From Catajapyx aquilonaris (taxonomy: Eukaryota), in the NCBI GenBank assembly GCA_000934665.2, contig KZ538369.1:1-64000 (forward strand): a stretch of DNA of 64,000 nucleotides, in the 5' to 3' direction. Position 1 is the first letter of the stretch, and each line of letters opens with the position of its first letter. The translations under genes were made by a program, and so were the position numbers. This document shows positions 1 through 12,600 of this stretch, one piece after another. The notes under the pieces were generated by a model. It was not told the origin of the DNA. It did no database searches and was given only the letters and a program-made list of their open reading frames with translations.

Positions 1-84
1 GGCGCTTCAAAAATAGGATTCCCAAAAATTGTACCATCGAAATAAAGGTCTGGCAGAAGGCCCCTCTGGGGCTAGCCGAATACC

Positions 85-112
85 CAATCAATTATTATCA
101 ATCAATTATTAT
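85..112. repeat. 14-bp tandem duplication (CAATCAATTATTAT x2)
   Basis: Two adjacent identical copies. Confidence 0.85.
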
Positions 113-3100
113 ACGTGGACATCTTCCTCAATCAAAGACGGAATCTCTTTCTCTGTCTTACTTTACGTGCTGAGGTAAAATGAAGCCTCACGGCAGCAGC
201 CAACGCCCTAACAAGCACCGGCTCATTCACTAATTTGACTGTCTGCTCGACCACGAACTGTCTGCGAGTGAGTCAACAGGAAGAGGAGTTATCTGGCCTG
301 CAATTAACTAACCGGCCATCTTGATTATTGACGTTGANGGGGGGGAAGTGAACCTGGTGAAGGAAATGCGACCATTTACAGGTTATCATGCCAGCCTTCC
401 AATCACTGTTGCAATTGAGCGGTGAAGTACAGGTCAAAAACGAATCAGAATCGACTTCAGGCTTTTGGAAATGTGCAGTAATTATATAGCTATTTTATTA
501 AACGCGTCAAATAATGAAGGTCTGATTGCATAAACACAAATTAAGACGAATATTTTTAATATGGTTCTGTATCATGAAAACCTGTACATAAATCGGAGAT
601 TTTTCTCTAATTTGCTTCCTAAATCCTGATTGTATTAACTATATTTTAAAATATTATGATTATGTAAGCCTATATGTTTTGCATTAATAAACATTCTAAA
701 ACAGAAGTAACTCAACTCCAATGACTTTCAACACCTGAAACTCAATTAAAACACTTTCATTTGGATGGCATCAGTCATATACGGTGCTACTTACAGCCGT
801 ATCAGATTTGACCTCATTTGAATATTTCTAATTAGGACAAGCAGACCGAGTTGGGGGGACACTCTTGTCTCTCAATTTTAGGGAAAGGGCTGGGCGACCG
901 AGTAAATCACCTGCTAAGTCCAATGTACACCAGCACCTAAGTCCTCTGTAAGTCCGACCGACTAGGTTGTGTAAGTTTGCGGTTCACTTAAGACAAAGTG
1001 TTCTCGGTGAGTTAAAGTTTTGATTAATTCCCTGTCCTTGTCAGCTATTTAGTTAGAGGTGATCCCATTTTTTGCCAGTAACTAGTCCTATCAATAAATT
1101 TTATGCCTCTAATTTATAGGCCAAAAACAGGGCGTGCTGCAAAAGTTGCCAATTTGACACCCACAAGAGTATCAGCTTTTTCGGCTTAAACCTGATCCCC
1201 TCTATGCAGTACCCACCTCCAATTGCAAAGTTCCGACCAACTTCGCTCTCACAAGCCGCATCGCAAAAAGAGCGAGAGAGAGAGAAAAAAAATGCTGATC
1301 CTAAAAGCCACTCGCATTCATTTGATCTGTACAAGGAAAATTCGTTTGCAGCGACTAACACAATGTATATTTCAAAAATCAAATTTTTGCTTTTGCTTTT
1401 AATATTTATGATGTGCAGGTATGCTGCAGAGACTGCAGTGCACGCTGCAGTGTGACAAACAAAGAGATAATATATATCGTGATGTTCAAGTATCAACAAT
1501 ACTGTATGTTCTAGAATTATGAAATTCAATCAGCATAGTTTTGTAACAGTGTTACAAACCTAGTATTACTGTAATGACAACGAAAAGTGCGGCAAGGATT
1601 ATATACTGCACAGTACTTGCCACACTTTTCATTGTCATTGCGGCAATACTGAAATGATGACGTTGAGAAGCATTATACGTAGTTTTTCTGAATAATTTAA
1701 CTGCACTTGGCAGTTTGAACTCAAACGCTCCTGAGCTAGTGAATCCGGATATCTCCATTAACCATCCTATAATAGAGCGGACGACATTTTTATTACATTA
1801 CCCCTTACGTTAATAGGTAAAAACCTGTTCATACACGCACCTAAAAAGCTTCCCAGCCAACTCCTTCCACGCGAAATCTTAAAATGAGTGCTTGTCCGTG
1901 ATATTCCATCCAGACTGGCAGCACTCATTAACCATTAATGACCTTCTAATTGCGCCTTGGAGAACCTGATGATTCCTCAAAGTCATGAAGGGCACAGTCC
2001 AGATCATCGTCTTTCCACAGCCGCCATTTGAAGCCCGGTAAAATTATTATCGTACTTCAGCAGCTCAGCTTGTGCCCAGGGTACACCGCACGGAAGTAAT
2101 TAAGATTTAATAACAGATTGCAATCGCCGCCATGCAATAAAAAGTGGGGGGAACTGACATTGCATGTGCTGTTTGGCGCTTCATTTATTTACTCGAATTG
2201 CGTTAGGACTTTCAGATGCAACCTACTTACGACAGCACCGAGCTCTTGATTAATTTTACGATAGACTAAAACGGCCCGCATATTTTTGCCCCCCTTAATA
2301 AATTATCATTTTTTTTGATCAAGCCAGAAGGGAGAGAAGAGGCGAGCTCATCATCCTCAACCCTTATTAAACGGTTAGCGAAAAGTGAAGATGACACGCA
2401 AAACGAGCAATCGGATGCCATGCATGGTAGTAATTTGGGAGTCTGGAAAACGGCGGAAATGGCTGGGGACGGAGAAGGGGTTATCAATTGGCCCCTCAGC
2501 CTTTTGCTCCGCTTTTCATTACCTCAACGGGGCTTAACAATAGCCGGGGACTGACAAGCCACCAAAGCGATTCCATCAAGTGCTCTTTTCTGCTTTCAAG
2601 TGGCTTTTTACAAGAGCAACCATCCCCCCCTATGCTTAGGGAGGCCCTCCGGAGCAGCTTCTCAAAATGCATCCCTCGGTTTGTCTCTCCGGGGCCAGTC
2701 CACTTAGTGGTAAATGGAAATTCGCTTTGCTCTTGTACCCTCGGGGCGTTTTGATTATTTTTTTTTCGGAGCTGCCATCATACCGGAGTATTACCGGGCG
2801 CAATTTTTGTTTAAAAACCCGGCTTACCGTGCCATTACCCTAGTTTTCGTGTCAGCTTCCCCAACAATGGGCTTATTCAAACAATTAATGGCAGTTTTCC
2901 AAGAGAGTGGCCGGACCTTTTCCTTTTCCTTTTGCTTGCCCCGGGATTACAAAGGAAAAGTAAGGCCCTGCGACTATAAATCAGGGGGTTCGCATCTGCT
3001 CTAGTCCTCACATGATGTAGGGCAGGTTGTCGCGGTAATGCAATTTTTTAACTTCTCTATGAATCTTGCCCGCTATTTTGTTGTCGCACAAAAGAACCAA

Positions 3101-6100
3101 CCATAAATCACAGATTTTTCTAGTAGCGTTATATATCAGTCTGGAAGTTGTTTATTTTTTTACCCACTCACGAAATGCCGACAGGGATATTCGTATTTGT
3201 CTGAAAAGTGGTTTTGTACTCATACTTATATGATGTCAGTGGCTATGTGTTTCATCTCGTGACTAGAACCTTTTTTTCCTCTTTTCTCCCCCCAAAAAAG
3301 CATCCATTCCCACGCCCGCAGGTGCAAAACGAGGCAACTGGACGCAAGCAATATCAGTGCTAAGTGAAACATCGTAAAACGCTCCTTCCCCGCACGGTCC
3401 GCAGCGCATCCGTGAAGAAACCATTAGTGACGTGGTTTTCTGTATCCGAGCAACGCAAGGGTTGTGTTTTTTTTTCTCCTTGCGAGGAAAAAGAAAGTGT
3501 GATAGTCCGCTCCAGGGAAGCAGAAAATTGCCCGGACCCAGTGCGCCGCACCCATTTTGCCGGCCTATCCCTATTCGCCCCATTCCTCCTAATCTTTTAC
3601 TCCCCAAGTATCGCAACTTTTCTCTTCACGAAAATGACCTGCTCGCCAATGGGGTCATTTACACTGGCCACAAGTAAACTGGACCTAGTCTGCAGCCCCA
3701 ACTTACACACACAATTGCATGTTGGCGCGGATGAATTTTTGTTGGTAACCCAGGTTGGCCCACCTGTACCGAGCAACCGGGTCCAATTGGACAGTGTAAA
3801 CGACCTCAAATCGGCATGAAAGGCGCACCCATCCGGACCAGACAAGAAACTAGGTCTGGCAGAGAGGTGGCAGCTCCGTCGCTTTTTCGATCGAATCTCC
3901 CCTTTTCCCAGCATCCCTCTGGCCCTGCACCCTCCCCAAAAACTCTCTCTTCCAACCCCCCTGGAAGTGCTGGCTGCGGCTGCTTGCTGGAGCTCCGGTC
4001 TCCTGGACCAACTTTTTTCTGTCTCTGAGCGAGCGAGCGATCAGCCATAACTCGGGTGGGATCCATCAAACGGAGCCCTAAACAGCCGACGACGTTTTCT
4101 ACCCGTACCCACCGATAAAAAAAACGGAAAAAAGTAGAGGCGCTTTGTTTACCCCTCTAGAGCAATGAACTACATGAAATATTGGGCAGGAAAAAAATAC
4201 GCAACACTGGAGTATGTGTTATGCACAAAATTTCGCAACAATATGTTCGGTTGGAGCAAAAGAGGATGAAAGCCTATACTCCGTGTTGAGGTATAAAAAC
4301 TTCAAAACAATAATCTGAGAAGGACGGGGGAAAGGCGGATTAGGCAACAAAAGGACTGAGAGAATGTTTAGTCTGGTAAAGAAAAAAAAACCTGTGCAGA
4401 CCCTCGAGGGGGCATGGATAAAAAAAAACATCTTGAAAAAGAATTCCAGGTCTCGGAGTACACAGTGGTGCAGTGTGGCCTATAATATGAGAGCTTTTGA
4501 GAAAATTCTTTGCCTTCCGGCGTCATCGCAACATCTCTCCTTTTCCCCCACACTGTAAAATATACAAGAACAAAATTTCGCAAAAAGAAATTGCATTTTT
4601 TTGCATTTGTTTGAGATGCTAATTATTTCAACCAAGAACTTTAGGTCGTTTTAAATGCGACGGAATTAAGCTTTTAAAACCATTTCTAGGCTTTTCCCCA
4701 TATTGTAATTTCAATAATGGATATGTAAGTTAAATTTACAATTTTGTTAACATTCTCGTTCAACAGTATGTACCGTACTTTAAAGCCTTGAAGGTGTCAA
4801 TACTTAACCCATCTGCCTAAAAGTTGTTGATGCCAACCCCGTTGTGCAAACTGGTTCTCTCGAGCTCTAATTATAAATCACGTTGAAAATCAGTCTCTTC
4901 AGGGCCATCCACATCCAGCCAGGCTGAGTGACGGTAACGACTGGCAAGCGTGTCGGTTCTCGTCAACTCTCCCCTCACTCTTCGGCCCCAACTGTTTTTA
5001 ATACACAAACTGCCCTCTCTTTTTTATTATTAAGCGTAAAGATGATGTAGTACCCTGTCGCCGCTACGGGGATTACGACACACAAAAAAGTGTGGGATGG
5101 AGCTCAGCGCCGTTATATTAAAAAGGTCATTTTAAGTTGTAGCCCTCAGTCTGGTGCCATTTTTGAACCATAATTTTCCTCCTTCCTTGAAACACTCTTT
5201 CATTCGGAGCTTGGAAGCTGGAGAGAGTGGTGAGGGAGGGGGGTAGGGGAAAAGGCTCCTAACACCACTGATGCGCCATTTCATTCTCCGCAAGTTGGCC
5301 CAAATAATTTCCTCCAGTCGCCGTTAGAAGACGCCGTCGCCACATCCAGAGGTGTTCATCGCTCCAGCCCAGGCCCCCAACCTCCGAAAATGTCATTTTG
5401 CGACGAAGGTGACAATGCTTTCTAATTGTCAGTCTTCCTCCTCCTCACCAACTGCATATTTGTCAAATTAGCGAAAGAAATGGATCACATAATTTTGTGG
5501 TTTATTAAGACCCAACGAGGCCGGAAAATTACTGCAAGATAAGGCCCGCAGCTCAAGGAATATGTCAGAAAATTATTTTGAAGGCCGGTATTGTCATTAT
5601 TAATTAAACTTGCTTGTAACGGCCATGCCAGTCAAGTAATCAAAAAAGCAACGATGTTTATGATGCACAATATATTATCCTGGAAGACAGGCTTCCCGGC
5701 GTACGGATATGGCTGAAAGGTTGCTCTCGACAGTTAGGATAACCCTGCTGTACTGCACTGTACCTGAATATTCTTGCAGATTACCCAACGTGGTGTGAGC
5801 AAATTCATGCACCGTGCTGAGTATAATCCAGGCCAAAATTCGTGACTCAATTTGACGCCACGGATGAAACAAGCAACAATGGTCGCAAACGTACAAAAGA
5901 GAACCCCCCGTCACTCCCCGGCATACACAGCTATTTACACTACTAGCAGTGTAACACAACGAACCCACAGCACCAGTCCTAACAAAAGGCAAACCACGTG
6001 ACCCTCCCTTCCATCCCCCCCTACCTTTCCATATTCAAGTGCAGCTGGGACACTATCATCATTGTCCCCATTGTACACTGGCATTTTCCCCAGCACACAG

Positions 6101-9100
6101 AGTCGGCCCTCACTGGTAGCAATGAGCTTCAGGAGAATGGAAGCTAAAGCCTCTGAGAGGAATGCGGGTTCTGCAAGTCAGTGCTCTCCTTCACGCTAAA
6201 CCCAGCACTTTTCGGAAAGTTTGCGGTCCATTTGCACAGCTCCCAAAAATAATATTCAATCCACCTTTTGTTAGAACGATCGCAGTCAAACCGAGTGATT
6301 ATTATCCTGCAGCTCTGGAAAGATATACGGTTCCATGTTGCGGCCTCGTGTAACCCAAAAACGGAGGGCGACGACTTTGAGAAACGGCCATTAGTGCGGC
6401 CGCCATTTGTAAAACCCCGGCTCTTCTCAGCGGTATTAATTCACATTCATATCTCGCGCACAACTCAAATTAATACCCGGATCCCACCCTTCTCTCAGAG
6501 TTGAATAATAGGAGAGGGGCAACCGCCGCAACAAAACTCGGCTGTTTCACTCCCATCCCGACGCAACACATTTTCCACCACTTCTGGGGAGGACCGGTAG
6601 TACTGCAAAAGTTGGCGAGAGCAAGTTTAAGTAACAGGCAGCAGGGAATTCTCGGCAGCCTCTGTTAATAAATTGCTCAGACACCTCCCCTCACCGGGGG
6701 CCGAAAACCTTAACTTCTTCCAGTCATGAGGGTTATGCTACACACCAACTGCTCCAATCGAGCTCAAGTGGAGGAAGTCGGCTCCTAATTGGCAAGGAAC
6801 CATTTGTTTTCTAGGCTGTGTGTATACATTTTCAGGAGGATTTTCTAATCGGATAGATAAATTTTGGCCGGACTTGATGACAATGGCAATTAGTGCGCAA
6901 TTTTGGACGGACGGTCCAGGGTAGGGGGTTTATCGATAATTGTTGATTTATTGCGCAACGTTTAAGTTGGCGTTGTGAGCGTAAATTGCAATTAAACTGG
7001 GTGCTTTATATTCGCGCTAATTTTAATGCTAAGTGCACGCAAATTTTCAATCTATGTGTTTAATAGTATGTATATTTGTCCTAATATGCGCAGCCAAAAT
7101 TTAAGCTTTCAGGAATCAAAAATTTGAGGGATCTGTCATCAAAAATAACCAAGTCCACTTGAAAAAAAACTGGTCGTAAAATGAGCAAAAACCGATGATT
7201 GCTTGCTATTCACTGGTACAATCTTGAAACCTTTCACGTCCATATGTTGCCGAAGCTCAGCTACATACGCAAATATGCAAATAATACTCCACGACATTAA
7301 AATACATAATTGCGGCACTTATGTTTGTGTTAGACCCCCCAAAAGGGGACTTGGCTGTTTTTTTTATCTCAGACACCTAATTTATTTGAAATTATAAATA
7401 GTTGCTAATTACATTGGATAAAAACTGTGATTTTTACTGCAGTTATCTGAACAGCAAATGAAAATTTTTATAAGCTAAACGAACTAAGACATCATGTATA
7501 AAGACCTGCGACAAGATTTACATATTGAGTTATTCATCCGGATAGTCAAAAAGCACTGTAGTAGGAAAACTTTGATTAATCTCTCGAGACTTGATGGGAC
7601 TTGGCGCAAATTTCATAAAATTGGAACCAATGATGGTTTTAAATCCCAAGCCCCTGCGAATTCTCCTTGGCCTTAATCACTCTTTCAGCGCAGTAAGCTA
7701 CACCGAGGGAAAAACAGGTGGTACTATTGGGTCCCTGGAGGAAGTTTGGGCCAAGTTTCTGGCGGTTGGAGGAGCGGTACTAATGCTCAGGATGCACCAT
7801 CCAGCGAAAAAGCATGTGCCCTTGAGTGCTCTAGTGCAGTATAAAAAAAAGTTCCATGCGGAAAACTTTGCCTGAGTGCATCCAGCAGGGTTCGAGGAAG
7901 CTGCTTTTCTGACTGTTCTTTCTCCAGAAGTTAAAAAGAACTAGAACTCGAATCACGTTACATTAAGAGCACCCGTATAACTGTAACTCCGGGAAGTAGT
8001 ATTTCTTACCCGGTATTTTTTGTGTGTTCGGACTTGCTGTCTGAAGAGTAACCACTTGTCCCTTGACACCAGAAGCGAATCGTGTCAACTGACTTCCTCC
8101 GCAGAAGCATCCTTTCCTGCACCGTGATGGCATCCTGAGGACTGCCTGCTTTAGAAAATAACTGAGAGGATCTGTTAACACTTCCAGGCAGACAAGATGT
8201 GTCGGCTTATTTACTCTCCCCCTTCTCGGAGAGATGGAATTCCGCGTCCCATCTGCTATTGAGGCTGTTGACACTGGAATTGAAGGTTCCGTCTTTGCCC
8301 AGTGGAGAACGGTATATATCCGTGGTGGAAGGAGACGCGAAATTCTGACATTCCGGCACTCTCGGGCTTTCAATATTACAGGAGCTACGCTTTCCTTGCT
8401 CCTCTTTTTTTACGGGATAAAATTTTACAGTGAGTACGTTTTAGTTGAACGTAAAACATGGCCTACATCCGGATGTCTAAGTGTGATGTAATACGAGTAA
8501 AAAGCAAGCGTTGCTAATTCAATGAGTTAATGGGAGTTGCAGGCAGCCTGTCCTACAAGCAATACGGCAAATTAGTTCTACACCTTAGGAATAACATTTT
8601 AACATCATCTGCCCGAAGCAACCTCACGCCACCCTGCAAAAAACAGTCACAATGTGTGTACTTCATGTTGTTATATTGAGCACTATATCAACTCATTCAC
8701 ATTAGTGGTGGAAAAAGCGTGAAAAAGCTTATACGAATGTATCGCACATGTAGTGCAGCAACTAACAAAAATTGCTGTGGTCATATGATGCAGTAGTTAA
8801 TGGGAGGATAATTATTCCGATTACATCCAGGCGTTGTATAATTATGCGAGTGGGCCAGGGTTTTTTTTCTCTTGGGACACAACACGAGAGAAAGTAGGCG
8901 GAAGAGTAATTTAACTCACTCTGGGCGACTGTTATGTTCATGCATGGCTTTCCACACAACCTCAGCCAATTGGTTGTATCAGCTCGAATCTTCTCCAAGT
9001 CAAATGTGTTTTCTGGTTTTTTTAGTGATTCGCTTCATTTCAGTTGCATTGTCTATTTTGGGTACTATTCTATTCCTGAACACATTACACTGTGTTGTTG

Positions 9101-9578
9101 ACCAGAATGGCTCAAACCTCTTTCTTTGACCACTTACCCGTTTTCCTACCAAACCTGCTGCTGACCTTTAATTTCGCGGCCTGATTCATCATCCCTCCTC
9201 TTCAAAATTATAACAATTAAAGCACTAACTCGGCACGCCACTATACGAAGCATCTAGTTACAAAAGCAACTTTTGACCATCCCCTCCCCGCCTTGAGAGG
9301 GGGGTGGCTGGTGGTATCGAGTACCCCCAAACTAGATGCTCTTTAATGAGAAAAGTGCGGTCAGAAAAGTATGATCCAACATGGCGGTGGGGCCCCCTCG
9401 CGTGAAGATTATGCCCCCCCCCCTCCCTCTCCCAAGTCCCGGTCCCTGATAGTTGGCCTTCTGTTTCAATAATAAAACGCGGAGGAAGATAGGGCAACCC
9501 CCCTAGTAATTATAGCCCGGGGAGAGGATTGGGGAGCACACGAATTGGCAGCCGACTTTGGCCCGATAAACCAGCCTT

Positions 9579-9581
<3 letters not shown>

Positions 9582-9642
<61 letters not shown>
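9582..9642. repeat. (CT)n microsatellite, ~30 units
   Basis: Perfect CT dinucleotide run. It explains the spurious ERERER and SLSLSL ORFs here. Confidence 0.97.
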
Positions 9643-9646
<4 letters not shown>

Positions 9647-12600
9647 TATACGGGAAGCCTATTCCCCTTCCGAATCCTGGAGGAGGAAACGGGGGCCACA
9701 CCAGGCCTGACAAGGACTCCCTGGAATCGTGACCTCCTGCTACACAGGGGGGTGGGGCACAGGGAAAAAAAGCGGCCAGGCACGAGGTCTGGCCCCCGAA
9801 TTGAGTTTTCTCGGCTTCACCTTGATCGAGTTTTCAGAGCATGCAACACTGGGCACAAAAAAATGCGTGTACACACTCGCCCAAAAGCCTGTGCAGTTAA
9901 CCTGCTGTTAACAATCACTGCGAGTTTATAAACAGCGGATACAAAATCACGGCTACGCTACATAATGCCGGACCTCCATTACAGTGCAAGCTGCTGGTCG
10001 GTATTAAATTTGCAAAACCCCGAGGTCAATTCCGGCGTGGAATAATTGTAAATTCTACATCGCTTCCCGCCCCTTCAATGTGATGCGTCCTCCGAGCCTA
10101 ATGAGACTCATTGCGGTAGGCTGACTTTCAAAGGAGCCCTAGATTACTTATTGTCCTCCACGTTCAGGAGGAACAAGGACTCTCTCTCTGTTTTAGAACC
10201 CCCAGCCTCCCACCCTCTTCCGACACTGTTGCATTATAATTTCCGATGGGCGGACAAGGATCTAATTAACCTACAGGTCTCCGGAGACCTCCCGATAATG
10301 ATCCGCCAGACAATATTTTCTGGTACTACGTGTTTGTAATAATGGCGGTCCAAAACGTGTATATTCCTTCTTCGACCTCTTTTTTTTCCATCCGGCCTAC
10401 CCACCAACTAACTTTTCTCTATCTAACCACGAGGAAATTTATCGCTTGCAAGTGCCCCGTGCAGCTGCATTTGGTGCTAGTAGCCTGCAAACTCCCCCTT
10501 TGGCGATGGCCGAAAGAAGGAGGGAGATGAAAAGAGGTCTTGGCTGTAACGCAATTGGTGTCAGCACCATCTGTCAGCAGACCTCCTGGCCCCTATACCA
10601 CTCCCTAAAGGCCACTGAAACACTGACTCGCCATTGCCCAAAGGCTGTTGGATCAGCCACAATTCCGTACCTTAAGCGAGCAAGAGAGACCGCAAATTAT
10701 TGGGCGCAGAGTTTGCATTTTGTGACACTTGAGGCTATAGCAGTGTGAAATAAACTGAAACTAGTTTTACCTCCTGCTGATACGTCATATGAACGCAAAC
10801 AATAGAAGCTCCTACTATAACTGATCTCTCTATTCCTGGGTTGCATCATGCCAGAAACAAAGTCCATGTGGAAGTGTGCTTTTCCTGGATTGAAATAGTA
10901 AATAGGTCCAAACTTTTGCAAATATTCCATTTGAAACATTTACTTCCCCTGCAAAAATTCGCGAACTTTGGGGTCAGTAAGAAGGCTATATCATCCCCGG
11001 GTTTTATGTACAGGAGGTGGAGGCAAGAACTGGGCAGAACAAGCCTAGTGGCCATCTGCCAGGAAGCTAGCCGAGTGTGAAGCGCCGTAATTGCCAAGAA
11101 AGGAACAATGGCCCCAACCAGCACTGGCAAGAAACCCCATATACCTGTTACGAGTAAGAAGACAAACGGGCACACCTTTTTTGATTTCGGGGGGCCTCTG
11201 AGCTGGGTTTAATTTATGTGACATCCCATAATTATCCGCCAGGAGCTCGTTACTTTTCACACAAAAAAACGGCCTATCTAATTATAGAAAGGACCAAAAA
11301 ACCGCGCACTTATGAACATGTCCGATACGCATTCCGCTGAGGTCTCTATCAATTTCCAATGCAGGCGGTGTACTAGCCTCCTGTAATTAAAACTGGCCCG
11401 AATGCCAGTCCTATCTGTCATGCCATCGACTTCTGGAGGTGGAGGCGGGCAAAAAAAAAAAAAAAAAAAACGGTGCTAATGTCACCGGGGGAAAGTCAAT
11501 GCACTGACAATGAGCCATCGACTTTCGAGTCAGGCAAAGAAGAAAACGGCAAGGCAACGCTATCCGTCTGTTTTAGCATAATTTGCATGGTGGAATGAAG
11601 CAGTGGGTGGGACACACGGGCAGGTTTCCTTATCTCTTCCGGCAAAGTAAGGCCCTCTCTCTCTCTCACTCCGAGGGAGGGTTTTCTGAATCAATCATTC
11701 CCCGGTCGTGATCTTCTTGACGTCCCCGCAAGAGCCCCGTCGCCGGCAAGCCTCGTCATTTATTATTCCCTGTCGCAACCAACCCCTGCACCAAGAGATC
11801 CATCTCATTGCAATTAGTTCTTCAATTACAAACCATGGTGTGTGTACCTCGCACCAAAAGATGGAGCAAAAACGTGCCTAATTGCGCTCTAGAGGGAATT
11901 AATTATTGCTTGTCATTGTGGTACAGTGCCGGGCATTAATGGTGCCGTACTGGTGGCGTCACGAGCCTAGCGGCAAAAGAGCGAACCGAAAGTTGCCCTC
12001 CGCATGACCACTTTCACATGATCAAATGAAGTGAAGGTGGTCATACGGATGAAACTTTCGATTCGCTCTTTTGCCGCCACAAGTACGGCACCATTAATGT
12101 CCATCACTGAGCATAATGAGAGGTTGTCACCTAGGCGACGACACTTTACTTTTATCCAATGCGGAAAGCCTCACCATCCAAGTAATCTGCTGTCATTATG
12201 CACTGTGCTCTCATTAGTATTGCTACATTTTATCCCCCCACCCCACCCCTTTTTCTCTCACTTTTAATCACCGGTTTTGCTGCGAGGTTTTTAAAATCCG
12301 ATGGTGGCATTGTGCGTGGGCGTCGTCCAGAAATTTTCGCAGCCGCTAAATCAGTCGCAAAACACAGGGCATTCAAAGGACTCATAATGGTGTAAATTGA
12401 GTCGATAATTTCCCCACCTCCCCCCCTCGCGTCAAATGCAAGTAGGTCCGAAATAAATCATTAGCGGGAATTTAACTTTGAATGGCAGTGTATGTGCAGT
12501 CATAACATTACCATCCCACAGATTTATGTCGTTCGCTGCATTGTTGCTGAAATTTAGTAACACTAGGGTCCACCACCCCTATATAACATAAGTTGATTAA

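Noticed and set aside
9466..9783. ORFs with ER and SL repeats (also 31462-31734)
   Set aside because: These are translations of (CT)n/(AG)n microsatellites.
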